Positions 1-9,255 of a stretch of 64,000 nucleotides of DNA are shown in pieces. Origin of the DNA: a virus; the IMG/VR virus record IMGVR_UViG_3300008952_000003, positions 96,001 to 160,000 of that record; one strand, written 5' to 3'. The stretch's first letter is position 1; the number at the start of each line of letters is the position of its first letter. The notes beneath the pieces are model-generated. The model did not search any database. It saw nothing but the letters and a program-made list of their open reading frames with translations, and was not told the origin of the DNA. The position numbers and the translations under genes were made by a program.

Positions 1-1
1 T

Positions 2-913
2 GTCTTTGAAATTTGGGATGGTGCAGCCTGGGCGGATGTGGATTACATGTGTACTTCAGTAGATGAGGGATACAGGTATGCTAATAATCCTTTTATGAGG
101 CCCTCAAGTAGAGAATTCATAAGAACAGGCGTTACTCCCGAGACAACCTGGGCAACATCTTCAATCGACGGAATCGACGCTTATTGGTCGAGATGCAGGA
201 TAACAACTTCTGCCAGTTTGCCAACTTTCGAAAGATGGTGGCTGACCCCCTCACACTTCATGGTTAGCACCGAGGGCGTTAGGCAATCACACGGCTCGGC
301 AGCTTGGAAAGAAACTCTTGTAGGTGCAGGTAATATCTTTGGAGAATCCGGAGGAGTGGTCACGGCAAATCCTGCAGTCGGATCGGGAGTAGTCCCGAAT
401 GCTTGGAATCACAACATGCCAAACTCCCTCTTAAACTCACCAGGGGGTGATGCAATCTATACTCAGTTTGCCCTGCCAGCGGGAATTGATACATCATTCC
501 CCTTGACTTTCAAAGTCCTATACTCCCTAGATGACTCCTCCCCCGCTGTCGATTTCCCAACGGGAATTTTATCCGCAATACCATTTGGGGTCACGGGAAT
601 AGCGATTGCCGACCCGACTGGAGGGAAGATTCCAACCGCTCGCCAATTTGACAACACAGAAACCTTAACGTCCAAAGCGGCTCCTCTCGCTCTATCTTCG
701 TCTATGCAGCCACCCGGCGCCGTGTTAGGCGATGATCTCAGTAATAAAATCTTTTCTATCGAATATTCATCATTATCTATTGAGGAATACTACGAGGACG
801 ACATAATCGCAATCCGCTTTGAGTTGGACGACGACGGAGATCCAGCCTACAATGTTGCCATTTGGGCAGTTATTGTGGAAGGGCACAAATTCACAGATGG
901 GAAAGCAATCTAA
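2..913 (+). CDS. Virion structural / tail-fibre-associated protein, 5'-truncated by window edge
   Basis: Frame is open from position 2 (VFEIWDGAAW...) to TAA 911-913. Beta-rich G/S/T/D composition, adjacent to tail fibre gene. Function inferred from context. Confidence 0.5.
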   Translation, partial: VFEIWDGAAWADVDYMCTSVDEGYRYANNPFMRPSSREFIRTGVTPETTWATSSIDGIDAYWSRCRITTSASLPTFERWWLTPSHFMVSTEGVRQSHGSAAWKETLVGAGNIFGESGGVVTANPAVGSGVVPNAWNHNMPNSLLNSPGGDAIYTQFALPAGIDTSFPLTFKVLYSLDDSSPAVDFPTGILSAIPFGVTGIAIADPTGGKIPTARQFDNTETLTSKAAPLALSSSMQPPGAVLGDDLSNKIFSIEYSSLSIEEYYEDDIIAIRFELDDDGDPAYNVAIWAVIVEGHKFTDGKAI

Positions 914-1956
914 TGGCGGGAAATTTTAATTTATTATATACACAATCTTTTACGGCGACAGACACAATCGTTGTCAATCACTCTCTCAATAGATATCAGA
1001 TGGGTGTCATAATTACCATTGCCGGCTCAGCAGATAGTTCGGCACTTATTTCCTCTATTGATCTCGACCCCGTGGATCCGAGAAACTCCCTAACAATTAC
1101 TTTGACTTCTGCTCAAACCGGATTTGTCAAGATTATAGACACAGATTATTCTTGGGCGAACATGCTGACCCCAGAAGAGAGTGCAGAACTTCCAGATGCT
1201 ATAATTTCTGGTTCTGCCGCTGCCGGCGATCTTTCTGGAGCATATCCAGATCCAAGTGTTGCGACCGTTGGCGGAACACTAGCAGCAACTATTGGCTCAC
1301 ATCCATCAGACACAGCAAATCCCCACGCAACAGACGTTGCTAATCTTGGCGCCGGAACTTTAGCAGAATTAAATACGGTAATCTCCGATGCAACTTTGGA
1401 TGATTCTTCGGCCAGTCGTCCACCAAGCGGAAGCGCTGGTGGAGATCTTGCGGGAACATATCCAAACCCCAGTTTATCTACCACGGCCGTCTCCGCAGGA
1501 TCGTATACTTCGGCTGATATTACTGTTGATGCCCAAGGTAGATTGACTGCGGCCTCTAATGGGTCTGGTGGGGGAGTTTTCGGACAAGATTATCAAACAG
1601 CAATTTCTGTTGCAAGAGATACTACCACCTCAACTACATTTCAGATAAAGGTTACTTTGACAACGCCGATACTGACGGGGACATATCGAGTTGGGTGGCA
1701 TTCAGTGATCGACCTTGCTCGAACCGACAGAGATGGCGAATTTCAGTTATATAATGCAACAGACGCTTCGACAGTAGGGGTAGTACAACAACTGGAAGTC
1801 AAAGACATCGACAATAAAACCGTTGTTGGTGGATTCGCCGAAGTCGTATTTAGTAGTGAATCCAAGTCTTTTGAGATTCAATATAGAAGATCTTCATCGG
1901 GATCAACAACAGTGGGAATCGAAGACGCGAGAATTGAGTTTTGGAGGGTTAGTTGA
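913..1956 (+). CDS. Tail fibre / receptor-binding protein
   Basis: ATG 913 overlaps upstream stop (TAATG). Two copies of GDL(S/A)G(A/T)YP(D/N)PS and an AGSYTSADITVDAQGRLTAASNG motif typical of phage fibres; G/S/T/A-rich. Confidence 0.6.
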   Translation: MAGNFNLLYTQSFTATDTIVVNHSLNRYQMGVIITIAGSADSSALISSIDLDPVDPRNSLTITLTSAQTGFVKIIDTDYSWANMLTPEESAELPDAIISGSAAAGDLSGAYPDPSVATVGGTLAATIGSHPSDTANPHATDVANLGAGTLAELNTVISDATLDDSSASRPPSGSAGGDLAGTYPNPSLSTTAVSAGSYTSADITVDAQGRLTAASNGSGGGVFGQDYQTAISVARDTTTSTTFQIKVTLTTPILTGTYRVGWHSVIDLARTDRDGEFQLYNATDASTVGVVQQLEVKDIDNKTVVGGFAEVVFSSESKSFEIQYRRSSSGSTTVGIEDARIEFWRVS

Positions 1957-2039
1957 TGTCATTTCCTAATTATGTGGCGCCACCGAGTGTTGAAATTCAT
2001 AAAGGCACTACTACTTATAATGTCCGGAGGCAAAGTTAA
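1956..2039 (+). CDS. Putative 27-aa micro-ORF (MSFPNYVAPPSVEIHKGTTTYNVRRQS)
   Basis: TGATG overlap with upstream stop and GGAGG at 1943-1947; exactly fills the gap to the next ATG at 2040. Confidence 0.3.
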   Translation: MSFPNYVAPPSVEIHKGTTTYNVRRQS

Positions 2040-2597
2040 ATGAACTATTTTTATTCACTATCCGCAGATTTCCCACAAGGCATAGATGGCGAAAAACTAC
2101 ACGATGAAATAGGGGGATCTATCGATATCAGCACAACAATAAATGGCATCACTATTTCTGGCGATACTGTGAAAATATCGTTTGATGAAGAGATCACCCT
2201 GGGCGAGAAAAACGACCTAGATCACATCGTAGCGACTTGCACGCCACCATCCTCTATAGATACAGCAAGAGAGGAGAAGCATTTCGAGATTGATCAAAAA
2301 ACTCATGAAATTATAGAAAGAGGGTTTCAGTTTGATGGGAAGGTGTTCAGTCTCGATATCAGATCTCAGATGGAGTGGGTTTTCTTGAAGTTGATGGAGG
2401 TGGAACAAATTTGGCCCGCAAGGATTCAAACTATTGATGGAGAGATATACTATTTGCAACAAGCAGATTTACACAACTTCGCCCTGGCCGCTTTTGATAA
2501 AATACGGCAAACATTCGACAGTTCGACAGCCCTAAAAGATGATATAAATATGTACTCGACAGAAGAAGAAATTCTCAGCATCGAAGATACGAGATAA
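2040..2597 (+). CDS. DUF4376-like tail fibre assembly/accessory protein
   Basis: C-terminal half (IDQKTHEIIERGFQFDGKVFSLD...W..IDGE) resembles DUF4376. SD GGAGG 2026-2030; follows fibre gene. Confidence 0.5.
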   Translation: MNYFYSLSADFPQGIDGEKLHDEIGGSIDISTTINGITISGDTVKISFDEEITLGEKNDLDHIVATCTPPSSIDTAREEKHFEIDQKTHEIIERGFQFDGKVFSLDIRSQMEWVFLKLMEVEQIWPARIQTIDGEIYYLQQADLHNFALAAFDKIRQTFDSSTALKDDINMYSTEEEILSIEDTR

Positions 2598-2608
2598 TTG
2601 GAGTAAAA

Positions 2609-2887
2609 ATGTCTAGATCTAAGCCATCTAATTTGACAGAAAGGCCGAGAGGAAAGCACGATAATGATTTGCGAATGATTCGCAGATTTATGAAAAAGAT
2701 TAAAAAGTTCAGAATATTAGATGATTATAAAGAGACTCTGGTATTTGAAAAAGATTCTACAAAAAAGAGAAAAGCAAGAAAGAGAAGAAGAAAGGTTCTC
2801 GACAAATTGAGAGATGAGGAAAAGAAATCAATGGAAATCAATGATGAACTTCCCAAACTACCAAAAAAAAGAAAAACAAGAAGATAG
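2609..2887 (+). CDS. rpsU: Ribosomal protein bS21-like protein
   Basis: Basic 92 aa. RMIRRFMKKIKKFRILDDYKETLVFEKDSTKKRK aligns by eye with the bS21 core ALRRFKR...K.G.L.E.RKREFYEKPSVKRK. Confidence 0.65.
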   Translation: MSRSKPSNLTERPRGKHDNDLRMIRRFMKKIKKFRILDDYKETLVFEKDSTKKRKARKRRRKVLDKLRDEEKKSMEINDELPKLPKKRKTRR

Positions 2888-2898
2888 AATTTTTAAAA

Positions 2899-2906
2899 AC
2901 TATTTA
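2899..2906 (+). promoter_or_regulatory. Putative late promoter motif ACTATTTA
   Basis: Recurrent intergenic motif; upstream of ORF 2940. Confidence 0.55.
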
Positions 2907-2939
2907 TATTATTAAAAGAAACAATGGGAGTTTATTTAA

Positions 2940-3338
2940 ATGAGTGTATATCAATATAGAGCGGGATTGAATAATGTTGGATCCTACCAAGTTGGCGGAA
3001 CTCCGTATCTGACTGGCTCAACATTGGATGGCGGTGGCGCCGAAACTAAAATAGAATTTCCCAATGTAACAAAGAATATTTTGGTAGTCAATACTTCTGC
3101 CTCTGTTCCGATTAGAGTCCACTTTAATTCTCTTTCTGACGGAAATGTAGACGGCGGACATCACTTTTTTACACTTGAGGATAAAAAAGACAATGTAACC
3201 CTAAATAGCAAGTGTAAAGAGATATTCATATCAGTATTGGCGCCTGGATTTGACGGGTCTTTCGAGTTGGTTGCCGATCTAACCGGGATTAAATCTACTG
3301 AAATGTTCGTCCTAACTGGATCCGGACTTACAGAGTAG
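2940..3338 (+). CDS. Hypothetical, probably structural protein
   Basis: Clean 132-aa beta-rich ORF behind a late motif, upstream of the head genes. Confidence 0.5.
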   Translation: MSVYQYRAGLNNVGSYQVGGTPYLTGSTLDGGGAETKIEFPNVTKNILVVNTSASVPIRVHFNSLSDGNVDGGHHFFTLEDKKDNVTLNSKCKEIFISVLAPGFDGSFELVADLTGIKSTEMFVLTGSGLTE

Positions 3339-3404
3339 AAAAGATTTCAATTTATTTTTTATAAAACAAACTCTTTATAAAAAGGTCTTTTTATGTTTTA
3401 AAAG

Positions 3405-3412
3405 ACTATTTA
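3405..3412 (+). promoter_or_regulatory. Putative late promoter motif ACTATTTA
   Basis: Upstream of the scaffold/major capsid genes. Confidence 0.6.
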
Positions 3413-3445
3413 TCTGTGAGGTAATTTTTTTTAAGGAGTTCACAA

Positions 3446-4411
3446 ATGTCTTCACTTTTGGAACAAGCAATAATTGACGCATCGGCGCTAAAAGAAGCTG
3501 CTGTAAAAAATGCAGAAACAGCAATATTGAATAAATATTCAAGCGATATCAAGGAGGCCGTTGAGAGCCTCTTGGAGCAAGAAGATGAGGAGGTGCTAGA
3601 TCCCATAGATCCCGAGACACCAGACATTCCTCTTGCTGGTGCTCCCGCCGATAGCGCCGAAGAAGTTATTACTTTGGATTTTGAAGAATTGAAGGAAATG
3701 GCGGAAACCTTAGCGGAAAAAGATCAAGAACTGATTGGCTCGGAGTACGCACATTCTGCAGCTAGCGATGAGGAGGGACAATTGTCACCTCCCGAGACGG
3801 AAGTCGATAAAGTCGATGTAGATGTCGCGCTAGAAGAAGATATTGACCTGGCAGATTTGGATAATATCCTAGAAGAACTGGTTGTCGATATTGATCCTCG
3901 TAAATCCGGCTGGGCCGGAACTCCCGAAGAGGTTATGAATTATAAAGAAGAAATGGAACTCGCACACAGATCTTCAACTGCGGCTAAAGAAAAAGCCGAA
4001 GAACTTCAGTCTGCTGTCGAGAGACTTTCCGAAGAAAAACAAATTTTAAAAGATAAAAACACAAAGATTATTGAAGCCATAAAGGCTTTAAAAGAGAATT
4101 TTGATAAAGTAAATTTATCAAATGCAAGATTACTCTATACAAATCGCATTTTGACAAACGACTCCTTGAATGAGCGACAAAAACATAAAATTGTCGAAGC
4201 TTTGTCGAATGCTATTTCTATTGAGGAAGCAAAGGTTATTTTCGAGACTCTAGAAAGCGCAGTGGGTAGTGTATCAGGTAAAGCGCGACCACAATCACTC
4301 CGCGAGACTATTGAACGACCTTCTGCCACTTTACCTAGAAGAGCACCAGCTAGGAACATAGAAACTCCAGTAATGGAGAGAATGAAAATTCTAGCAGGTA
4401 TTAAAAACTAG
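3446..4411 (+). CDS. Prohead core scaffolding protein (T4 gp22-like)
   Basis: Acidic coiled-coil protein immediately upstream of the MCP; AAGGAG SD; many [LI]xE motifs. Confidence 0.75.
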   Translation: MSSLLEQAIIDASALKEAAVKNAETAILNKYSSDIKEAVESLLEQEDEEVLDPIDPETPDIPLAGAPADSAEEVITLDFEELKEMAETLAEKDQELIGSEYAHSAASDEEGQLSPPETEVDKVDVDVALEEDIDLADLDNILEELVVDIDPRKSGWAGTPEEVMNYKEEMELAHRSSTAAKEKAEELQSAVERLSEEKQILKDKNTKIIEAIKALKENFDKVNLSNARLLYTNRILTNDSLNERQKHKIVEALSNAISIEEAKVIFETLESAVGSVSGKARPQSLRETIERPSATLPRRAPARNIETPVMERMKILAGIKN

Positions 4412-4436
4412 ATAACAATTAGGAGAATATAAAAAA

Positions 4437-6176
4437 ATGTCTATTTTAAATAAATTAACTGAAGGTATCGTTCGACGCGATCTTTCTAAAGAAGGTGCCG
4501 CTCTTCTCTCCAAGTGGGAAAAGACTGGTCTTCTTGAGGGGATTTCTAATGAGCGTGCCAAACACGGAATGGCTTCGTTGCTCGAAAACCAAGCTAAAGA
4601 ACTTCTTCGCGAAGCCTCCACCATGGCAGGTGCCGGCGGCGGTGACGTTGAGGGTTTCGCTTCCGTAGCTTTCCCCATCGTCCGCCGCGTCTTCGGTGGT
4701 TTGATCGCAAACGATCTCGTCTCGGTTCAGCCGATGAGCTTGCCTTCTGGCCTCATCTTCTTCCTTGACTTCACACTTCACCCTCGTGATGGTGCCCGCC
4801 TTGATTCTGTTATTGGCGAGTCCGTTTACGGTGGTGGTGTTGTTGCTTCACAAATCACTGGTGGCGTCTCGCTCGCCGGTAACGAAGCAGAGCAGAGCTT
4901 TTATGCTCTGAACAATGGTTACTCCAGCCCGACTGGATCAGTTAGACCACTCGTACTAACTGATCTTGGAGCCGCTTCAGGTACTGTTGGCTCCGGCATT
5001 CCAGGTGACTGGACAGGTACGGGCCCCGGAGGCGCAGCCCTTGCTTCCCTCGGTGACCGCCTCGTCCGCTTCGATCCGGATATCGCTTCCGGCACTGCAG
5101 CATGCGTTGTTTCTGTGCCCCTCGCGACATTCACCGCTGGCCAGTTGAATATCAAGGATTATGTCACAATCACCCTTGATGATAACGCAGGCACAGTCGA
5201 TGCAACCCAGGTCCGCAGATTGACCCGCGACGATCCCAATACTGCAGCAAATATTCTGCTTGTAACATCAGATGGTACAAATACTATAACACTCTCTGGT
5301 ACTATGACCACTGCACCCAAAGGAGCTTCTTTTGTCATTGACGATGCGTTCCAGGCAGCAGGTGCTATTGGTTCTGTCGAAGGTATCGACGTCTGGGGTC
5401 TTGAGAATGAAGAACGTATCCCAGAAATCGACATCAAAGTCGATTCTGTGGCTGTGACCGCAAAGACCAAAAAGCTCAAAGCTAAGTGGACGCCTGAATT
5501 GGCACAAGACTTGAACGCTTATCATAATCTCGATGCAGAGGTTGAGTTGACTAGTATTCTGTCTGAGCACATTGCTCTTGAGATTGACCAAGAAATCTTG
5601 GAAGACCTTATCAAAGGTGCTACTGCTGAAACCCTGTTTTGGTCGCGACTTCCTGGAAAATTCGTGAATCGTGTCACTGGCGGCGCTCTGGATTCCGTAA
5701 CTAACGGCTTCCCAGACTTCACCGGCAACGTTAGCGAATGGTATGAGACCCTCGTCGAGACCATCAATGACGTCTCCGCACAGATCCACAGAAAGACACT
5801 TCGTGGTGGTGCCAACTTCATCGTTGTTTCGCCTGAAGTTGCAAACCTCCTCGAATTCACTGCTGGATTCCGTGGATCCGTCACTCACGATGATGATCGT
5901 GGGCAAGTTGGTGCAGTCAGAGTTGGCTCCTTGAGCAAGAAGTTTGACGTATATGTTGATCCTTACTTCCCGAGAAACGTTGTTCTCGCGGGTCGCAAAG
6001 GCTCCTCATTCCTCGAAAGTGGATACGTTTACGCTCCGTATGTGCCGCTCCAGATGACTCCTACCATTTTTGGTACTGAGGATTTCGTGCCGCGCAAAGG
6101 CGTCATGACTCGTTATGCCAAGAAAATGGTTCGTCCTGATATGTATGGACTTGTCATTGTTCAAGATCTTGTATAA
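4437..6176 (+). CDS. gp23: Major capsid protein (T4 gp23 family)
   Basis: Motifs VSVQPMSLPSGLIFFLD, KTKKLKAKWTPELAQDLNAYHNLDAEVELTSILSEHIALEIDQE, GYVYAPYVP, PRKGVMTRY. Confidence 0.95.
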   Translation: MSILNKLTEGIVRRDLSKEGAALLSKWEKTGLLEGISNERAKHGMASLLENQAKELLREASTMAGAGGGDVEGFASVAFPIVRRVFGGLIANDLVSVQPMSLPSGLIFFLDFTLHPRDGARLDSVIGESVYGGGVVASQITGGVSLAGNEAEQSFYALNNGYSSPTGSVRPLVLTDLGAASGTVGSGIPGDWTGTGPGGAALASLGDRLVRFDPDIASGTAACVVSVPLATFTAGQLNIKDYVTITLDDNAGTVDATQVRRLTRDDPNTAANILLVTSDGTNTITLSGTMTTAPKGASFVIDDAFQAAGAIGSVEGIDVWGLENEERIPEIDIKVDSVAVTAKTKKLKAKWTPELAQDLNAYHNLDAEVELTSILSEHIALEIDQEILEDLIKGATAETLFWSRLPGKFVNRVTGGALDSVTNGFPDFTGNVSEWYETLVETINDVSAQIHRKTLRGGANFIVVSPEVANLLEFTAGFRGSVTHDDDRGQVGAVRVGSLSKKFDVYVDPYFPRNVVLAGRKGSSFLESGYVYAPYVPLQMTPTIFGTEDFVPRKGVMTRYAKKMVRPDMYGLVIVQDLV

Positions 6177-6208
6177 TAGCCGAATAGCTACACAATAAGA
6201 GAATTAAT

Positions 6209-6240
6209 GCCCTCCCACTTTTTGTGGGGGGGTTTTGTTT
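6209..6240 (+). terminator. Intrinsic terminator after MCP
   Basis: CCCTCCCAC-TTTTT-GTGGGGGGG stem followed by TTTTGTTT. Confidence 0.75.
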
Positions 6241-6248
6241 ATCTAGAA

Positions 6249-6256
6249 ACTACTTA
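6249..6256 (+). promoter_or_regulatory. Late motif variant ACTACTTA
   Basis: Sits between the terminator and the AGGAGG SD of the neck gene. Confidence 0.5.
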
Positions 6257-6274
6257 ATCTAGGAGGAAACAACT

Positions 6275-7543
6275 ATGGCGCTACCGACATTAACCCCCGC
6301 AAGCCAGATGAGTAAAGCGATCTTGCCCCCCACGGGCAATGTGAATAACGTTTCCGCCGCTGTACCATATGGAATGTACACCGGATCGGCTGATTTTCTG
6401 TCCGGCGCCTCTGATCAGGTTGCTTATACTTATAAGAAACTGGGCGGCGATGTTTTGGATATCGAATTGAAGGCGGCAAATGTATATGCGAATTATGAAG
6501 AGGCGGTCTTAGAATATAGCTACCTGATAAATCTACATCAGACAAGAAATGTTCTTTCCGATGTCCTCGGCCAGGCAACTGGAACATTCGATCACCATGG
6601 CGAATCAAAAACGGGCCCAGAAAACGTAAATTTAAAATATCCACGAGTCATGTTCGAATACGCCAGGAGAGTTGGTGATGGAATATCTTTTGAAGCTAAC
6701 GTTGGTGGAACTATTCCGATATACTCGGCCTCCTTTAAATTAAAGGAAAATCAGCAGGACTACAATTTGCAATCAATAATCTCATCCTCAGCCGCCTCTG
6801 GCGTAGATCCAACCGGAAATGCCGTTCCATTTGCTGGAATAGTGGGAGATAAAAGAGTTATTGTAAAGAAAGTTTATTATAAGACGCCTCACGCTATGTG
6901 GAGGTTTTTTGGCTATTTTGGGGGCCTCAATGTGGTTGGAAATCTAAATTATTATGGACAGTTTACAGATGATTCATCATTCGAATTGGTGCCGACTTGG
7001 CAAAACAAACTTCAGGCAATGGCCTTTGAAGATAACTTATGGACAAGACTATCTCATTATTCATATGAACTGAAAAATAACCGATTAAGAATATATCCGA
7101 TTCCTCAAATATTGAGTACTTATTTGTATATGTGGGTCGAATTTTCAGTTATACCAAATAGCTGGGATGAGTCACCAGACTATGATTCTGGTACAGATGG
7201 AATTAACAATTTAAATACGGTTCCTTTTGACAACTTACCTTATAAGAATATCAATGCCATCGGAAAGCAGTGGATCAGGCGCTTCGCTCTTGCACTCTCG
7301 AAGGAGACCCTGGGCCAGATAAGAGGAAAGTTTCAGACAATACCAATTCCAGGAGAATCAGTAACTCTCAATGCTACTGATTTGTTATCGCAGGCAAAGG
7401 ATGAGCAAGAAAAATTGAGAACAGAGTTGAAGGAGATTATGGATCAACTGACATATGTGGAGATGGCAAAAAGTGATGCTGAGAAGGTCGAAGCAGTGGG
7501 ATCAATTCAGAAAACAATCCCAAGGCTGATATATCAAGGATAA
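6275..7543 (+). CDS. Neck / head-completion protein (T4 gp13-like)
   Basis: Directly follows the MCP. C-terminal WIRRFALALSKETLGQIRGKF..IP.PG..V.LN...L...A..E matches gp13-like adaptors. Confidence 0.65.
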   Translation: MALPTLTPASQMSKAILPPTGNVNNVSAAVPYGMYTGSADFLSGASDQVAYTYKKLGGDVLDIELKAANVYANYEEAVLEYSYLINLHQTRNVLSDVLGQATGTFDHHGESKTGPENVNLKYPRVMFEYARRVGDGISFEANVGGTIPIYSASFKLKENQQDYNLQSIISSSAASGVDPTGNAVPFAGIVGDKRVIVKKVYYKTPHAMWRFFGYFGGLNVVGNLNYYGQFTDDSSFELVPTWQNKLQAMAFEDNLWTRLSHYSYELKNNRLRIYPIPQILSTYLYMWVEFSVIPNSWDESPDYDSGTDGINNLNTVPFDNLPYKNINAIGKQWIRRFALALSKETLGQIRGKFQTIPIPGESVTLNATDLLSQAKDEQEKLRTELKEIMDQLTYVEMAKSDAEKVEAVGSIQKTIPRLIYQG

Positions 7544-7546
7544 AAC

Positions 7547-8422
7547 ATGAGCAGTGAAAAAGAAAAGTTTCAGGGTTTTCGTCCTTATTTTAAGGAAGAC
7601 CTCTTAGATGACAGTCGAGTTCCATTGAAGGAGATCTCCCTGATGCCATCAACAGTGGAAACTATTGATCTGGCCCTTTTTGATTGGGTTAGTGAAACAA
7701 TGGATTTATATTGCACGACCAATGAGGGATGGAAGAAAGTTCCTATTATATGGTCGATGCCCGAGAGATCATTTCAGATAAAAGACAATAAAGATTTGAG
7801 AAATTCTAATAATATCTTCACGCTCCCCGTGATATCAATCGAGAGAAAATCTTTAATAAAGGATCCAAGCATGAAAGGCGTTGCATGGGCCCATTTACCA
7901 CAATATAATGATCCTCGCGGAGGAACTATAGAGGTATCCAGGAGAATTCAGCAAGATAAGACGTCGAACTTTGCTAATGCCACATCGCAAAGAAAGTTTA
8001 AACAGCAAAATTTCCCATTTAATAACAAGAAAGTAGTCTACGAAACGGTCACAATGCCAATTCCCACATATGTGGTAGCAACTTATTCTTTGGTCATTAG
8101 CACTGAATATCAGCAACAAATGAACGAGATTTTTACTCCATTTTTAACGACCACTGGACAAATTAACAATTTCTTTATACATAGAGACGGGCACAAGTTC
8201 GAAGGATTCATTCAGAATGATCCATCTCTGGATAACAATTTATCAGACTTAGCAGAAAAAGAAAGAAAGTTTAAAACTACGATTGATTTAAAAGTATTGG
8301 GGTATTTGTTGAGCGCCGGCAAGAACGACGAACGCCCCAAAATTACGATCAGGGAGAATGCGGTAGAGGTTCGTATGCCGAGAGAGAGAGTTATATTTGG
8401 GGATAAAAAGGAATATAAATAA
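7547..8422 (+). CDS. Neck / tail-terminator-like virion protein (gp15-like)
   Basis: Lies between two neck genes; LPVISIER...Y...I..EYQQQMNEI pattern. Assignment mainly by synteny. Confidence 0.5.
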   Translation: MSSEKEKFQGFRPYFKEDLLDDSRVPLKEISLMPSTVETIDLALFDWVSETMDLYCTTNEGWKKVPIIWSMPERSFQIKDNKDLRNSNNIFTLPVISIERKSLIKDPSMKGVAWAHLPQYNDPRGGTIEVSRRIQQDKTSNFANATSQRKFKQQNFPFNNKKVVYETVTMPIPTYVVATYSLVISTEYQQQMNEIFTPFLTTTGQINNFFIHRDGHKFEGFIQNDPSLDNNLSDLAEKERKFKTTIDLKVLGYLLSAGKNDERPKITIRENAVEVRMPRERVIFGDKKEYK

Positions 8423-9255
8423 TGGCGGATGATGAAAAAAAGTGGAGCAGACCGTCGAACCCGCCACCGCCTCTTTTTTTGGGCGAGAGCGAAAGAAACT
8501 TAGTTAAGCAAGTTAACGATGAACTGATAGAGCGAGTCATCGGCCAGGCTATCACTTACCTCCCTATTTCCATGGAGAGGACAAATTTTCATCCACTTTA
8601 CGGCGAAGCGATAGAAAAAAGTTTCATGCCCCCAGTTAGAGTCTACGCGCTTGTGGAATTTCCGGGAATAACCACAACAACTGATCACTATGGGTTGGAT
8701 AAGGAATATCCAATAACGGTTAGATTTCACGAAAGAAGGCTTTTTGAAGATCAGGATTTGTACATCCGAGAAGGTGATTATATTCAATATGGAACATCAT
8801 TTTTTGAAATTGTATCTCTGAAGGAGGACCGCCAGCTTTTTGGCCAGGTTGAACATCTTTTCCAGATCGAGGCCAAATGTATAAAGACCAGAAAAGGACT
8901 CATAGATCTGGATGTGCTCCCACCTGAGACGATTTCTGCAATCATTGAAAGTTCGGACTCTGAATCTGCATCAACCTCTGGCGGCGGCCCATCATCAACA
9001 CCCACCCAGGTCGTGAGAGTGTGCTATGTGAATGATGCTACAGTGCTCCTAGCGGCAGATACGTCGCTCAATGGGTTTCTGGGCGTGGGAGAATTGTCAC
9101 TTACCACCGCAGCAGTATATGAAGACGGCCTGCGTCAAAAATTAACAGGACTCCCGGCAACTGGTGATTATTATATCGATGATGGCACCTTGTATAGTGT
9201 TATGGATATTGAGATCGACCAACGTGTTTTATTGGAGGTCTTGACTTTGGTATGA
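8422..9255 (+). CDS. Neck protein (T4 gp14-like) with appended C-terminal domain
   Basis: ELIERVIGQAITYLP...HPLYGEA...F..P resembles the gp14 N-terminus. Ser/Gly linker then an extra ~80-aa domain. Confidence 0.65.
   Translation: MADDEKKWSRPSNPPPPLFLGESERNLVKQVNDELIERVIGQAITYLPISMERTNFHPLYGEAIEKSFMPPVRVYALVEFPGITTTTDHYGLDKEYPITVRFHERRLFEDQDLYIREGDYIQYGTSFFEIVSLKEDRQLFGQVEHLFQIEAKCIKTRKGLIDLDVLPPETISAIIESSDSESASTSGGGPSSTPTQVVRVCYVNDATVLLAADTSLNGFLGVGELSLTTAAVYEDGLRQKLTGLPATGDYYIDDGTLYSVMDIEIDQRVLLEVLTLV

Noticed and set aside
862-912. Upstream ORF-track starts (862, 11739, 15114, 52540, 60766, 63453)
   Set aside because: Downstream starts have better SD or stop-start coupling, so the extensions were trimmed.
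5268-5906. Antisense ORFs opposite the MCP (and similar ones opposite the TMP at 22061-22630 and the fibre at 14137-14867)
   Set aside because: Shadows of biased or repetitive sense genes; no minus-strand promoter or family signal.
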